DNA of 64,000 bases from Callorhinchus milii (Eukaryota): contig NW_024704805.1 of assembly GCF_018977255.1 (NCBI RefSeq), positions 62,001-126,000 of the forward strand, given 5' to 3'. The position numbers and the translations under genes are program-made. Of the stretch, positions 11,581 through 25,609 are shown in pieces. A model generated the notes under the pieces. It was not told where the DNA came from. It did not search any database and worked only from the letters and a program-made list of their open reading frames with translations. Position 1 is the first letter of the stretch; every line of letters starts with the position of its first letter.

Positions 11581-12864
11581 CGCACAAAAACACACACACA
11601 GTGCCACCCAATCAGGTCACTCAATCCACAATATTGTGTGGGCCACTGTTTTGCACAGTCGACTACCAGATTTGATCCGCACAATACAATCTAACGCCCC
11701 ACACACCTCCCCCCACTTCACTTCGTCCATTCCACACCTGAACACTATCCCACACCCACAGTGCCAAAAAATAAGGCAACTCAAACCCCAACGTTTTGTG
11801 GGAGACTGCTGTACACAATTGGCATCAAACAATATAGTGACTCCACTTTTCAGCTGTGAAGAGCTGTGACACGTCTCAGTGACGCAATTTGGCAGTGTAC
11901 AAAATGCACCCTTTGCTTTTATTATCGTTACTGTAAAAATGTTGAATAAGACATGCCCATACAATCGTTTTCATTATTCGTGTTTGAGAAATGCTTTTAT
12001 CAAATACAGACTTGTCATTTCATCGATTCGCCTCAAACCTCCTCTCAGGTTTTAACGTCGAGTACAGAGTTTGTCAACTTTGCCTCCAATTTGTATATAA
12101 CAATGTCGCACAATCAGCTATGAGTGAAAGATGATTTTTACTGATGGAAAGTCTCTCCAGACACCGGTAGAAACCTTGTTCTTTCTCGAGAAGTGCAATG
12201 GCATCAGTATAGTCCCTTCATGCAAGCCGCCTGGACCAGGGTTTAAGATCTCCTCGGTAGGACAAGCTACTCCGACAGTACAGAAATACAGGACTGCTCT
12301 GGAGTGTCAGCCCAAAACATCAGAATATAATCCAGTATATGTTACATAGTGAGCACTTCGGTCGCTTTTGAATGTTTCAGTTTCGTGATGAAATATCTAA
12401 GATTTTTTTCATTATGTAATAATAAATTTGTTAAATAGCTTATCATTCACGTTCATTGTAGTTGCCTGCACAAACAGTGAGACGGTGAGATATATTTTTT
12501 TCACACTGCGTGTTGTTCTGATTTTAAATGCATTGCCTGAAAGGGTGACAGAAGCCGATACTGCAACAACGTTCTTGAGAGGATTGCTACACCGCAGAGA
12601 AAACAATTCAAGAGCGGCTACTCTTTGGTAAAACGAAATAATATAGAATATGTGAAACATAAATTGTTTCTTGATCAACCTAAGCCTCGTGTTAATACTT
12701 TAGTCAATATTTGCAAATTTCGGTTGAAGCAGCAATAGTGTATATGCATGAACTCTGTCAACTGCAACAGGAAGCACCTGGTACTGCTGTAAATGAAGTT
12801 CGTTACAGAAAGAAACGTGAGAAGTTATGTGAGTTGCAGTCCGTGTTGTCTAGGTTTGTTTAGT

Positions 12865-12878
12865 GCGCCATCTGCTGG
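12865..12878 (-). promoter_or_regulatory. CTCF-like site
   Basis: Minus strand CCAGCAGATGGCGC matches the consensus CCASYAGRKGGCRS. Paralogous variants at 8218, 17101 and 49600. Confidence 0.65.
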
Positions 12879-13583
12879 TGGCTTATAGTTGCATCACGTT
12901 CAGAATTGGGAACTTTCACAGCATAATTGTTTTGGGCCCATCTTGACTTTCCTTGGTGCTATCTTCTCCACCGAAATTTTACACATTAGTCTCATTTCTC
13001 TGCTTGTTCGTCATATTTTCTGTTCTTCTCTGGAACATGCGAGCATTCGATGTTATTCACATTCTCTTACTTTGACGTGTCTCTTTGCTAGCACTTGCTG
13101 CCCCACTTGCATGTGGCAGCGCTCCCCAGAAAGCAAGACATCTTTGTTTATTACTTGGATGATAATATGACTAAAGTTAATACCAATAATAATAATAGTT
13201 GCATTTGATATGGCGCCATATCACACCTTCGAGACGCCACTCGGAGCTTCATAGAATATACCGTTAATGAATTGAATGCATATTGTGAGGGTGAAGCACG
13301 GCAGCAAATTGTATACATCGGTGTCTCATTGGAGGAAGTGACCAATTTATTATTAAAACTATTATTCAGAAGGCATTATTGTCCCTGGAATATCGATACT
13401 CCAATCGATTAACAACCTGCTTCCAACTGACTGCAGGTAAACAGAGACGTGTGTGAGGAATAAGGAAAGTTGCACAATGATTCGTTCTGCTGGCAATTGA
13501 AACAACGTCTCTCGCTTGTGAGGCGAGTGTTCTAACCGCAAGGCAGTTTTTGTAGGGCGGAACCACTGATCTGTGCCTCTGTG

Positions 13584-13895
13584 GGTCTCAGTGCACAGTA
13601 ATACCTCGCGGAGTCTGTAACTCTCACTTGCAATATATTTAATGGGACGGTTCTCTCCGCTTTAGACACATTCGTTGAGAAACGTTCTTCTGCAAAGTAC
13701 GCGCCGTCCTTGATCCTGTTGTTGGTGTCTGTGCTAAGGATATATTCTGGAGATTTGTTGGGAAAGTGACGGTACCAGAACAGATACGTATTGTAGCCGC
13801 TTGTAGCTGTATAATGCACTGCAGGTAAACATCCTCCCCTTCATTCACTGTCACAGTAGATTGGAGCTGAGTTACAGCGTCTCCTCCACAATGTC
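13584..13895 (-). pseudogene. TCR V pseudogene, 1-nt frameshift after the first Cys
   Basis: GHCGGDAVTQ..VYLQC in one frame, YTATSGYNTYLFWYRH..DSARYYCALRP in another. RSS CACAGAG-23-ACAAAAACT. Leader MAMYVYVVAVIITLS at 14358-14403. Confidence 0.85.
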
Positions 13896-14357
13896 CTGGG
13901 AACCAGACCCATATCAGCGTTCAATACCATAACAATAATCATAATACAAATTATTGCTTTTCATACAGCACCATACTACATCATTGCGTCTCCAAATGCT
14001 TCATAGAATATTCTGAGAATGTTTATTGTGTGGTCGACACGTGGCAGCAAATTGCGCAAAGCATTTTCCTTATAAAAGTTCATGGAATGACTGATAGCAT
14101 TATTATTAACACCGAAAACTGATCGGACGATCGACCAACAAACGGGTACCTACATGTCTCGAGGTAAACAGTGGTGTGTGTGGAGGAAGGAAACTTGCCT
14201 GAGGTTCCGCTGTATCCAAGGCGGGAACTAAACCCAACGTTTGCTGAGCTGCAGGATTGCATGTGTCATGTACCGTATTGTTTATTTTAAGCAGTAAAGT
14301 ATAATCATTGGATAATGTGCACATGAAGCAGACAAATAGAGCGAGTTTCTCGCTTAC

Positions 14358-14403
14358 CTGACAATGTAATGATCACTGCTACCACATAGACATACATTGC
14401 CAT
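14358..14403 (-). pseudogene. Leader exon of V 13584
   Basis: 46 nt, phase 1, GTAAG donor. Confidence 0.85.
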
Positions 14404-15143
14404 GTGTATTTACTGTCACGGGACGTTGAGAGAGCGTTGATGGTGTAGTTGGAGAAAGTTGGCTGCGGGAAAGTAAGGTCCGTGAGGAGGGCTAAACAGG
14501 AAAAAACATACAGAAGTTGTCGTATAGTGTGAGGGAGCAGGTCTGAAGGTTATGTACAAACCTTGTGTCTCTGTCATTGTGCGTCACCGTCTCTGCTCTG
14601 CCATCTCGCTCATCCAATGGTTCTCTTCCATCAGTGACTTGTCTTTGTTGAGCAGTGTGTCTGCATCAAGTTACACCCATATTTCATTTCACGAAAACAC
14701 ATACATCAGTTCCGCATATATATGCCATCTTCGCGCGTAAATGTGCCTATGGAAACGAATTTTCTCTTTCTCCCTGGAGAAACGCATAGTGTTTGCTTAA
14801 ATTAACAGATTACTGGGTGCTGTGAGTCAAGAGACAAGACTTGGTGAGGTATATATATTTTGGGCTACATTCTGGTACATTAGTTCTCTTTTGTTGTTAT
14901 GTTCAGCCGCTGTCTGCTGGCAGGAAAAAGCGTTTGTTTCCATAGAACCCGGGTCCCTTAGTTTGCAAAACGACTGCTTAATCCCATGTTCAACAAAACA
15001 GCACAGCCTGTTTCCACCACTCTCCTTGTTGTCATTGTATAACCACATCAGTGTATTGAAAGCACCAAATCAAATACGTGAGCGGAAGTCATGACTTTCT
15101 GATGAGTTTTTGTATGGGGAATGTGCCTTCCTGTAACAGTGTG

Positions 15144-15441
15144 GGCTCCAGGGCACAGTAATACACAGCGATGTCACCCACAACAGCCCCGAGTATCTGC
15201 AGCTTAATTACTTTATTCTTCTTGATCAGCTCAGCAGTGAAACGTTCAGGTAGATCAGAAGATTTATATACCTTTCCAGAGGTAAATATCCTGAGCACGT
15301 ATTTAAGCGCTCCGTCGGGATTATGCTTGTACCAGAAGACAGTATCCAATCTTGAAATACTGCAGCGTAGTGTCACGTCTTGCCCTTCAATTTCTGTTTT
15401 CTCGCGAGGATATTGGGCTACAACATCTTGCCCGCTAACTT
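15144..15441 (-). CDS. TCR alpha/delta V exon, potentially functional
   Basis: (K)VSGQDVVAQYPREK..TLRCSISRLDTVFWYKH..PERFTAEL..DIAVYYCALEP. RSS CACACTG(15137-15143)-23-ACAAAAACT. Confidence 0.92.
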
Positions 15442-15841
15442 CTGCAAAAACAATAACAACACATTTTTCCGAGCCACTTAAAATTTGCTTTCATCCATTT
15501 TATATTGCACGTTATCACACGGTTCAGACGTCTCAAAGAAACCACAGAATATAGTGTAAAGTGAATTAGTTATATTTTTGAGCGAAACTTAGCAGACAAT
15601 TGAACTCAGCAGTACTACACCGATATTATTGGTAATTGATTAATAATTTATTGAGTTATTTACCTAGGAAAGCGATTGGCGAATCGACTATCAAAGTGTT
15701 TCCTACTCACTGCTGGGGAAACAGATTCGTGAGGCAATCGAACTCGAGTTTCGTCGCTGGTGAGGCGACATCTCTAACCATTTAGCTTCGGAAATTTTAT
15801 GATGTAAACATCATGCACTGTGCATGTCCACACATACTTAC

Positions 15842-15887
15842 TGGCTATGGTGAGGATTGCTATCAGTAACTGGCAGAGAGCTGTCAT
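15842..15887 (-). CDS. Leader exon of V 15144
   Basis: MTALCQLLIAILTIA+A|GTAAGT, splices in frame. Confidence 0.85.
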
Positions 15888-17370
15888 GTTGGCTGCTGAG
15901 GTGTGGACAGATAACGGAATCTCTTCCTTTGTATATCGCTGTGTTGCTGCTTCAGTGACAAGTTGTGTGGCAGCGGCTGATCTGACGGGTTCAGTGGTTT
16001 ATTACCTCCAATTGTAGGCGTTTCTCACTAACCAGAGGATCATGAACGTGATCCTCTGGCGAGTAGGCGCCAACGGATTTGCGCTAGGATGGGAACATTG
16101 ACGCAAGTTTTACCCACTAACTGTTGCTTTTACAGTATATTATATGAAGCGCTTTGAGACGTCTACAAGACGTGATCGCGCCCTATAACAAATGAAATTT
16201 TGTTTTTATTTTAAATGTTGTTATTATGGTTAATGCATTCAATAATTGATGAATGGCTGAGCCATGCAGCAGAGCGAAAAGGAATAAAGATTTACGTTCT
16301 GTCATCAAGGCTGAGGTGACAACGTTACTCTGCTGATGATACTTTATCTTATCAGGATCTTGAATTTAATCTGCCGTGGATTGGAGGCCAGTTCTACTGG
16401 GGTAGGATATGAGTATTCGCGTTTCACCAACTCTCAATTTGTTTTAAAGTGTATTCTGTGAAGCGCTTTCAGACGCCTCCACGATAAGATAAGTTGCTAT
16501 ATCAAACGTAAAGCTCAGAAATATTTTCATTCTTGTTATGAATGCAGTGATTTGGTTGGTCTTGTACGTTGCAGCCGAGCTATTAAAGGTTCACTATCTA
16601 TCATCAAGCCTGAGGTGAAAACCTAACTCTGTTGCTGATACTTTCTCTTATGATGCTGAATGTTCCTGGTTCTGTCCCTAATTCAGCGGCTCACAGTGCA
16701 TCCAGCATTGAACTTGAATTCTTAGTTTAAATGAAACTGGGTCAGTTTTAATCTCTTTTTCAAACTAAACCAAATACATGACTATTTTGCTCTTAACAAA
16801 ATTTATTACGTTTATTTCCGCAATCAGATACCAGAAAGGTTGGCGGCGTATTTTGGAGAACGAAAATAAATATAAAAATTGACACAAATATTGTTTCTTG
16901 AGCTAACTGTGTTTTGTGCTTATCATGTTTTATATGAAGTTCTTACATTTCAGCTCAAGCAGCAACAGCGCATATGAAGGAATTAGGTTAAATATAAAAG
17001 GAAGCACCTGTTATTGCTGCCAAGGAAGTTAGTTGCAAAAAGGTCCGTGGCAAGTTACAAGCTATGTCAGCTGCAAACTCATGTTATATGTGTATTTAGT
17101 GCGATACCTGCTGGAGGATTGCAGCTGCAGAACGTTAGAATTGGAGACTGAAGTTAGCAACTTATTTTAGGTTTGTTTTAGCTTTCCATTATGAATGGCG
17201 CAACGTAAATGCAAATAATAGTTTCCTATTTTTTCCTACTTATAAAAGGAGCAGGGGAAGAAACTTCCACGTGCAGGTCTGCCCTGAAATCAAAATATTT
17301 GAAGTTATTTCTATGACAATAACATGATCATATTTCTTAGTAATAGAAATCCTTGCATGTCCTTGCATTT

Positions 17371-17690
17371 GGAGTCCTGTAGCTCAGTGGTTAGAGGACT
17401 CGCTTTACAACTGAGAGACTTAAGCTCAATTCCAGGCAGAGCGAAACCTTGGGCAAGTTGCCTTACTCCACACGCCTGATAATAATCCCTCCAAAACCAA
17501 AACCATGAACAAATTGGTCGTTTCAATCTACGACTGTTTGTGGGACATTACTGTGTGCAATTGGCTGCCGCGTTCGCCCACAAATATACATTCAATTTAC
17601 TTTACAGTGTGTTCTTTGAAGCGCTTTGGGAGTCCTCCCGACGGAAAAAGCGATATATCAAATGCAAGGACTATTATTATTATTTCATAA
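17371..17690 (+). mobile_element. Full-length young SINE inserted in an older SINE tail
   Basis: Complete head, core and tail. Similar taatagaaa(t/c)cttgcat on both sides suggests a target duplication. Absent at the paralogous site near 8460. Confidence 0.8.
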
Positions 17691-18053
17691 TAATAGAAAC
17701 CTTGCATATGATATACTGCCGAATCGCATCAAGAGAGGCTTAAAAGCGCTCCAAGTAATGTGCTGTAAATCAATTGACTGCAGATTTTAAGGGCGAAACG
17801 CAGCAGCCAATTTCACACGTCACTGTCTAACTGGAATGGCTGACCATTTTAACATTAATATTATTATCTTGCATATTATTATCTATTAACCCTGGAAGAT
17901 TGATCCGCCCATCGAATAACAACAGAGTTCCTTATTTTACTGCAGGAATCGAACCCAGTTGATCCCGCTTCGAGTACTATGCTATAAAAACTGAGCTGCA
18001 GGAAACCACATGGCAATTTTTGTGGAGCGAAATCGCTGAGCTGTGCCTCTGTG

Positions 18054-18366
18054 GCGCTGAGTGCACAGTAATACCCCGCGGAGTCTGTAACTCTCACTTG
18101 GGATATATTTAATGGGACGATTCTCTCCGCCTTGGATACATTCGTTGAGAAACGTTCTTTGGCAATGTCCGCATGTTGCTCGTCGTTGTTCTTGTTGTCT
18201 GTCCTCAGGATATATTCTGGAGCTTTGTTCCGATAGTGACGGTACCAGAACAGATATTTATAATTGCTGTTTGTAGCTGTGTAATTTCACTGCAGATAAA
18301 TATCCTCTCCTTTATTCACTGTTGCAGTAAATTGGAGCTGTGTCGCAGCGTCTCCTCCACAATGTC
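18054..18366 (-). pseudogene. TCR V pseudogene (first Cys>TGA)
   Basis: GHCGGDAATQ..IYLQ*NYTAT..FWYRH..DSAGYYCALS. RSS CACAGAG-23-ACAAAAATT. Leader 18871-18916 (MTMYIYVLAAIIILS) has the donor GT mutated to TT. Confidence 0.9.
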
Positions 18367-20082
18367 CTGGAAACCAGACAAACATCAGCGTTCAATTCAA
18401 TCATAATGATATTGCTAATATTTGATACAGCGCCTTATCAATTCGTCGGGATGTCTCGAAACCAACCACCTCACAGATTGTATGCCTGTGACAGCCAATT
18501 CCCCACATTATTGTCCGTCTAACATTCATGGATTGCGTGAACACAATGTTCTTATCTGTAGTCACATATTTAAAATAATTATTAACCCCTGAAATGCGAT
18601 CGAACAAATGACTAGCAAACGGGCACACACTGACTGCGACCGAAACACAGGTAGATGTGTGGAGTGAGGAAGCTTTCCAAAGTTTTCCCTTTGTCCCAAC
18701 CGGGAATCAAACCCAGGTCATTTCGCTTGCGAGGCCAGTTTGCTAAATTCCGCTAAGCTATCCGCTAAGCTACAGTTCTCCATGAGTCTTATAGCGTATT
18801 GTTTATTCTATGCAATAACACATAGACTTTGGATAATATGTGCCGGAACCAGACTGATTTTGTCGCTTAACTGACAAGATAATGATGGCTGCTAATACAT
18901 AGATGTACATTGTCATACGTATGTAATGGCGTGAGGCGTTGAGAGAGCGTTAATAGTGTAGTTGTGGAGTGTTGGCTGGGAGTCTGTAAGATACCTTGTG
19001 AAGGGCTGAGCAGGAAACGACATGCAGAAGTTGCCATATGCTGTGAGGGAGCGGCTCTGTGGGTTATATACAAATCTTGTATTTCTGTCATTGTGCGCCA
19101 TCGTCTCTGCTCTGCCAACTCGCTCGTCCATTGGTTCTCTTCCATCGTTGCCATGTCTTTGCTCTGCCGGGATTGACAATCAGCAAGTTACACCCACATT
19201 TAAGTTCCTCATATTTGTTAACTGTGGGTGTAAACGTAAGTGTTGAAAGGAACTTACGCTTTCTTCTGGAAGGGAAACAACTGCTTAATCATTTTCACAG
19301 GTTTTTAGGCGCAAGTTTGCTGGAGACAATATTAGCGGTGGTAAATATAAGTTGGGCTACATTTGGGTTATATATCATCAATCATCTTTTATTACTGATG
19401 TCCAAGATTGATTATGCCAACTATCTGCTTGCAGTTCTACCCCTCTCTTCCCTTCACTAGGTACAGACTATTCACATGTCTGCATTCATAGTAATAATGA
19501 TAATTATTGTAATTGATATAGGGAAAAATCGTGATTACGATACGTCTTTAAGCGCTTCAGAGAAAATACTAATAATAATCATTACAACTATCATTACACT
19601 TGATGTAGCGCCTTATGTATAACAGACGAATAAAAGCGCCTCACAGAACATAATGGAAAGTAGATCGGTGGGATGTTTAGCAGGAGAAATGGAGCAGCCA
19701 ATATTGTACAGCAATGCTCCATAAATATATGGGAAATTTATTTTATTATTATCCGTAAAGCAATTTGTTGAGCAATAAATGCCACCGTTTCATACTTATT
19801 CCCCGTTAAAAAGAGACGTGCGTGTAGAACAAGGGAACCTGACTTGGGTTTAGCGTTCTCAGGACCAGTCAATAAACCGAAGTCCTCTCGTTTGGATGGC
19901 GACTGTTATAACCTCAATATTACAAGACACAGCAGTCCTGCAGACATGCATCATTAAAAAGGAAATTAAGGGAAACTGAGAGGAAGTGAGTGCTGAGCAT
20001 TCACTGTGATGAACAAGATGGGAATTGCTGGCTGATCACTGGAGGTTTGTCTACGGCCTCTCTACGTAACTGTCTCACTGTG

Positions 20083-20361
20083 TCTCCACTGCACACAAGT
20101 AGGCGGCAGCGTCTGTCACTTCTGTGCCTGTGATACTCAGATTACTTTTCCCGTCTCAAAAGCTCATCGTAGCTGTGATCCTCTCCTTCTGCTGCTCTCC
20201 TGCCTTTCCTGTTACCAAGTGTGTGGGAGCCTCGTTCGGATACTGTCTGTACCATTGAAAGGTCTGAGCGTCTGTTGCGGAACAGCTGATATGAACTTTT
20301 TCCTTCTCCCCAACAGTCACAGAGAATGGCGTCTGGTAGACTTTCTCCTGACATCTGACTC
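20083..20361 (-). pseudogene. TCR V (alpha-like) with in-frame stop in FR3
   Basis: VRCQEKVYQTP..ISCSATDAQTFQWYRQ..ATMSF*DGKSNLSI..DAAAYLCAVE. RSS CACAGTG-23-AGACAAACC. Leader MKREYTLLFILLKAAVLLW at 20471-20528. Confidence 0.88.
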
Positions 20362-21536
20362 CTAGTAAACGAAAGAAAATCTGTTCATGAAAGTCACTCG
20401 TTAATTGTGGTCGAATTAAATACAATGTGTCGCAAAGCGCAAGCGGGGTTCATCTGTGAAACATACTCACTCCAGAGCAACACGGCAGCTTTCAGGAGGA
20501 TGAAGAGTAAAGTGTATTCGCGCTTCATAACGAATCTTTCTGCGCTTTAGTGAAGAAAATAAAATTTCCTTTAAAACCGTAGGCAGTTTTCCTTACTCCA
20601 CCCGCATCTGTTTACCGAACAGTAAACAGGAACCGGATTGTCAGTCGATTGATGGATCGCTTTACAGGGTTAATAAACCCTCAAAAAGATTGTCACTCAA
20701 TCCACGACCCTTCGAGACACTCTGCGGTGCACGTTTCGTTCTCGAGTTTCGCCGCCCAATCAACACACGGTCACGAGACTTGAGAATGCATTGTATGAAG
20801 CGCTTTGAGACGCTTCAGAGACAAGATAAGGCCCTGTCTCAAATGTCAAAGATTGTTATGGTACAGACAGTCAAAAGAATGTAGGATGAGCTGTTCAGTG
20901 GAAGCACCTGAGTGTGTGCAGACGGATGGACAATGGTATAATGTGTGTTGGCCTCACATCCCAGGGGCACAGTGTCAATTTGGTAACGAATCGAAACGTG
21001 CAATTGATTTCAAAGCGAAAGTTGTGGAGCCACGTAACGTCAGCAGTTTCTCAGATATCTCTGCCCAAGTAAGTTGAAAGTTTACTTCCCGTCACTTTCC
21101 GCTCTTGATTTCTGGGTTAGAGCGGTTTGGATACAATACACTAGTTTTCTAGCATAATTTATGACTGCAAGTGATTGTACTGTACGATTGATTCTGATGA
21201 ATAACGCTTCATATTTTAACGTTCATTTGTTGTAAAATATGTGTCTGACACATTTGAAAACCAATCACCATGCTGATGATTATCCAAACCAAATTGAGAG
21301 ATATAATAATAATCCTTGCATTTGGGACGTTTCAATGCGCTTGAGAGGCTATAAGTTAAATTGCAGTGACTGTGTGTTTTTGTGGGATAAAAACAACAGC
21401 TAATTTGGTCTAACGTTTTGTCCTGCCGAGAATCGATCGAAGGCCCTGTCGTCTGTGAGGCGGGTGCTTCAACCATTGATCTACATTAACCCCAATATGT
21501 TTTTGTACAGACGGCTGTTACACACGCAACACTGTG

Positions 21537-21807
21537 CTCGCCGTACAGAAGTATGTTGCGGTGTCCGACACCGGCACGCCTTGGATTGATAGCCTGCTTC
21601 TGTTATCTTTTACAACCGTCGAAGCCCTTATCCTGTCCTTCACATTTACCTCACTTGTTCCCAAAATCAAAAACAGGATAGAGCCGTTTCTATACTGTTT
21701 GTACCATTGAAAGAAAGAGTTGGACACAGTGGTGGTGCACTCCACAGGTACATTTCCTTTTTCATTCTCTGACAAGGTCCGAGTTCTCTGTGACACCTCG
21801 TTTTCAG
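21537..21807 (-). CDS. TCR V exon, open, 5' end lost in the gap
   Basis: ENEVSQR..VECTTTVSNSFFQWYKQ..SDTATYFCTAS. RSS CACAGTG(21530-21536)-23-ACAAAAACA. Confidence 0.85.
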
Positions 21808-22421
21808 NNNNNNNNNNNNNNNNNNNNNNNNNNNNNNNNNNNNNNNNNNNNNNNNNNNNNNNNNNNNNNNNNNNNNNNNNNNNNNNNNNNNNNNNNNNNN
21901 NNNNNNNNNNNNNNNNNNNNNNNNNNNNNNNNNNNNNNNNNNNNNNNNNNNNNNNNNNNNNNNNNNNNNNNNNNNNNNNNNNNNNNNNNNNNNGAGAAAG
22001 CCTGGGAAAGACAGTCAGACGGAGAAATTGGGCAAGAGTATAAAATAAAGTGCAGTGACTTTGTGTTTTGTGGGAAAGACTGAGAGATTGACTAAGAGAG
22101 AGACATAGGGTGAAAATACATTAGAACATGTATGTACATTGCTTTTGTGGGAGAGACTCAGAGAGAGAGAGAGATAGGTAGAGAGCGAGGGAGAAAGTGG
22201 GAGAGAGGGGACGAGAGAGAGAGAGAGAGAGTGGGAGAGGGAGGGAGAGAGACGAAGATAGACGGAGATAGAGATGGAGGCGAGAGGGAGAGAGACATCG
22301 ATACAGAGAGAGACTCAGGTAGACTCAGAGAGAAAGATTGCGAGAGATTCAAAGAGACTGAGATAGGCTAAGAGACACTGAGAGAAAGACAGAGAAGGTG
22401 AGAGTCTCATACCACACTTAC

Positions 22422-22479
22422 ATAAGAGGGAAAACATTATATTCAAAATAATACGCGTTGCATTGAAACTCCGCTTCAT
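22422..22479 (-). CDS. Leader exon of V 21537
   Basis: MKRSFNATRIILNIMFSLL+T|GTAAGT, paralog of 62533-62590. Confidence 0.8.
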
Positions 22480-24599
22480 CCTCAAATCTCGAATCAAAAT
22501 CTCTGATTGAAATGCAACCAGAAATCAGCAAAAGGCTGCAAAAGTTTACAAAATTTGTCGAACGCCGTTAACGTTGTAGGTTATAATTATATTCTCGGTG
22601 ACGGCTTCACTATCTGCTCACTCCATGTATATTTGTTTGTGCTAAATTCATTCGCCAATCGACTAACACCAGGGCTCCTATTGATCGATATGTCAACAGA
22701 GGCGTTTGTTTGGATGAAGAAAACTGTCCCAACATTGCTCCCTGCTCGAGAAGTGAACACTCGCCCTTTCCCTTANNNNNNNNNNNNNNNNNNNNNNNNN
22801 NNNNNNNNNNNNNNNNNNNNNNNNNNNNNNNNNNNNNNNNNNNNNNNNNNNNNNNNNNNNNNNNNNNNNNNNNNNNNNNNNNNNNNNNNNNNNNNNNNNN
22901 NNNNNCTCCGTCTATCTCTCTCAATCTCCGTCTATCACGCTCTCTAAGTCTCTCTCACAGACTCTCTCTACAAACGATAATCTCCAGCACTTTCTCCTTG
23001 ACATATTTCCAGAGAGCCTGAGGATAGACTTGAGGCTCGACCACCAATAGTGCGCGGAATTAAGGAGTCGAGCAGGTCACCATGGCTTTTGATGGTCCCA
23101 GATGATCCGGGTTTATTTCCAGGAAAGGGCGAAATATTAGGCACGTTTCCGTAATCGACGCCGAGGTTCCTGCAGCAGTAATATGGAAGCCGCTTATTAG
23201 TCGATTTAGGGATCGCTTTCTGGTGGAGATAATCCCTTCATATTAATAATGATAATTCTTCTCAACCCATGGTTGTACGTGGGACACGGCCGCGCGCAAT
23301 TCGGTGCCACGTTTCGCCCAAAAATTACAGAGTCAATTCATTTTACAGGTTATGGTGTGAAGCGTTTGAGATATTTTCAACAACAACAACAAACTTACAT
23401 TTATAGAGCCCTTCCATGTCGGGAGAACGTCCCAAAGCGCAGATTTTCAAAACATGAGAAGTGCGCGTATCAAATCCAAGGATTATTGTTATTGATGAAA
23501 TTGGAAGTAGAATTTGCATTATTTAATTCTCACCCACTGATAATGATAACAGTATAATAATATAAGAGTATTATTATTATATTATTATTTTTCCTGCCTC
23601 AGAGACCTCCTGACTCTGTACCAACCTACTCGATCCCTCTGTTTGGAGATCTCCTTCTGCTTCACATTCCCTGCTTCGCCTACCCCACCATTAGTGGGTG
23701 AACCTTCAGCCACTCCACCAAAAAACTTTCGGTGCAGTCCCACCGTCTGGCCCCCTCACTTGACCGATCTAAAGACAGTCTATTCCCACCTTGTTGTCAG
23801 TTACCCTACTTCCCGACAAATACACCATCCGCACCCACACTACACACCCATCCCCCCCTCTCCCCAATAAGTTCTTTTCACATCCTCACAAGGAGGACCA
23901 GTGACGTTGCAATGAATGTGGCACAGCGCAATATCAACTCCTGTTGGCAATAAATTGGGAATGCAATTTTCAAGTTTAATATGAACGCAGTGTAAACCAC
24001 AAGAAACTATTTTATTCCTCAAATACAAAACAGCCACCAGGACAGAGGCAGACGAACTGGTTTGGTTTCACTGTCTGACCACTCTCTAGCATTGGGTGAT
24101 GATAACCAGAACGAGTGAAAGTGTTGGGCAATTAGTGACATCGGATTTAGTGGGGAATTGCTTATTTACATAAACAGATGAAAAGCGAATGAGGGTGCAT
24201 TTTTCAAACATAAAACAACACCGAAAAATAGCTTCCAGTCGCGGTCTTACGTGAAGGATCCAAAACGAACGAAGATTGTTTGTACTTTTGGAGAAAAAGT
24301 AAGAATTTATTAATTGAATTTTATTGGATCTGTAATACCGTGGCCAGTTAATGGGTGGTGTTATTGTACTGTAACAGTGGAAGGAATTAACTGCTTCGAT
24401 TGCAGGCTTTATAGGCATTCCTATCTGTCAGATCTTGGGGGCATTTGAAATCCCCCTCCCCATTCAGTGCTTGATTATTGACAGCTGTAGGTGACCAGGA
24501 AACTGGAGTAAGTGGCGCTGCAGGGGTTCAACTGGCAAGTCTTTCCGACGCGCAGGGTGCTACACATTTTTAATTTGTTGCTGCATATTGTTGTTGCCA

Positions 24600-25560
24600 C
24601 TCCCTATTCACACAGAAATCCACAAACAGCCCTTCCCATCCTCAACCGAACCCAGTCCCTTCACATTCTCATTCATATCTAGCCCCTATCCCTCGTCACT
24701 CAAATCCAGGCCCTCCCCATCCACAGCAGCAATGAGCCCCTTCCCAGCTTCACACTGACCCGGACCCTCCCAATCCTCGCACGATCCCCTTACCTCCCCA
24801 TCGTCACCCACAAAAATGCCCTCCCCACCCAGAACCACTCTCAGCACCTCGAATTCAGCAACCGCTCCCAGTCCCTCCTCATCCTCACACACACCCAGCC
24901 CCTCCCCATCCTCACACACTGCAAGAACCTCGCCATGTTAACACACATCCAGCCCTTCCCCATCCTCACACACAGCCAGCACCTCCCCATCCGCACACTC
25001 CTGGCACATCCCCATTCTGACACACACCCAGCACCTCCCCATCCTCACACAATGCTAGCCCCTCCCCATGCTGACACACATCCAGCCCTTCTCCATCCTC
25101 ACACACAGCCAGTCACTCCACATCCGCGCACACACACACAGCACCTCCCCAAAAATCAAACACTGCCCCGACTCATCCTCACCAAACACACAGCCCATCC
25201 CCTTTCACATCCCCTCCCAGCCCTTCCCCATCCTCACACACAACAGCCCCTCCCCATGCTCACACACTGCTAGCATCTCCCCATTCTTACACACACCCAG
25301 CCCTTCCCCATCCTCACACATACCCAGTCACTCTCCATCCGCACACACACACAGCACCTCCCCAAAACTCAAACACTGCCTCTTACTCATCCTCACTAAA
25401 CACACAGCCCATCCCCTTTCACAACCGCTCCCAGCCCCTCCCCATCCTCTTACACACACCCAGCCCTTCCGCGTCCACGCATACAACCAGCCCGTCCCCA
25501 ATGTCACAAATACACAGCCACTCCCCATCCTCACCCACACCAAGCTCCTCCTTGTTATAG
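24600..25560. repeat. C/A-rich minisatellite with higher-order structure
   Basis: Units like cacacccagcccctccccatcctca, plus a longer block (..cagcacctccccaaaa..caaacactgcc..) present twice about 0.2 kb apart. Confidence 0.85.
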
Positions 25561-25609
25561 TGACCAGCTGAGCAAGAACACCATAATCACTAGATCAGCA
25601 CTAAAACCA

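Noticed and set aside
20002-20008. Extra cactgtg near V 20083
   Set aside because: No nonamer at 12 or 23 nt.
20955-20995. cacagtg after a D-like GGGG stretch
   Set aside because: No nonamer and no second flanking RSS.
24686-25571. His/Pro/Thr-rich ORFs
   Set aside because: Translations of the minisatellite.
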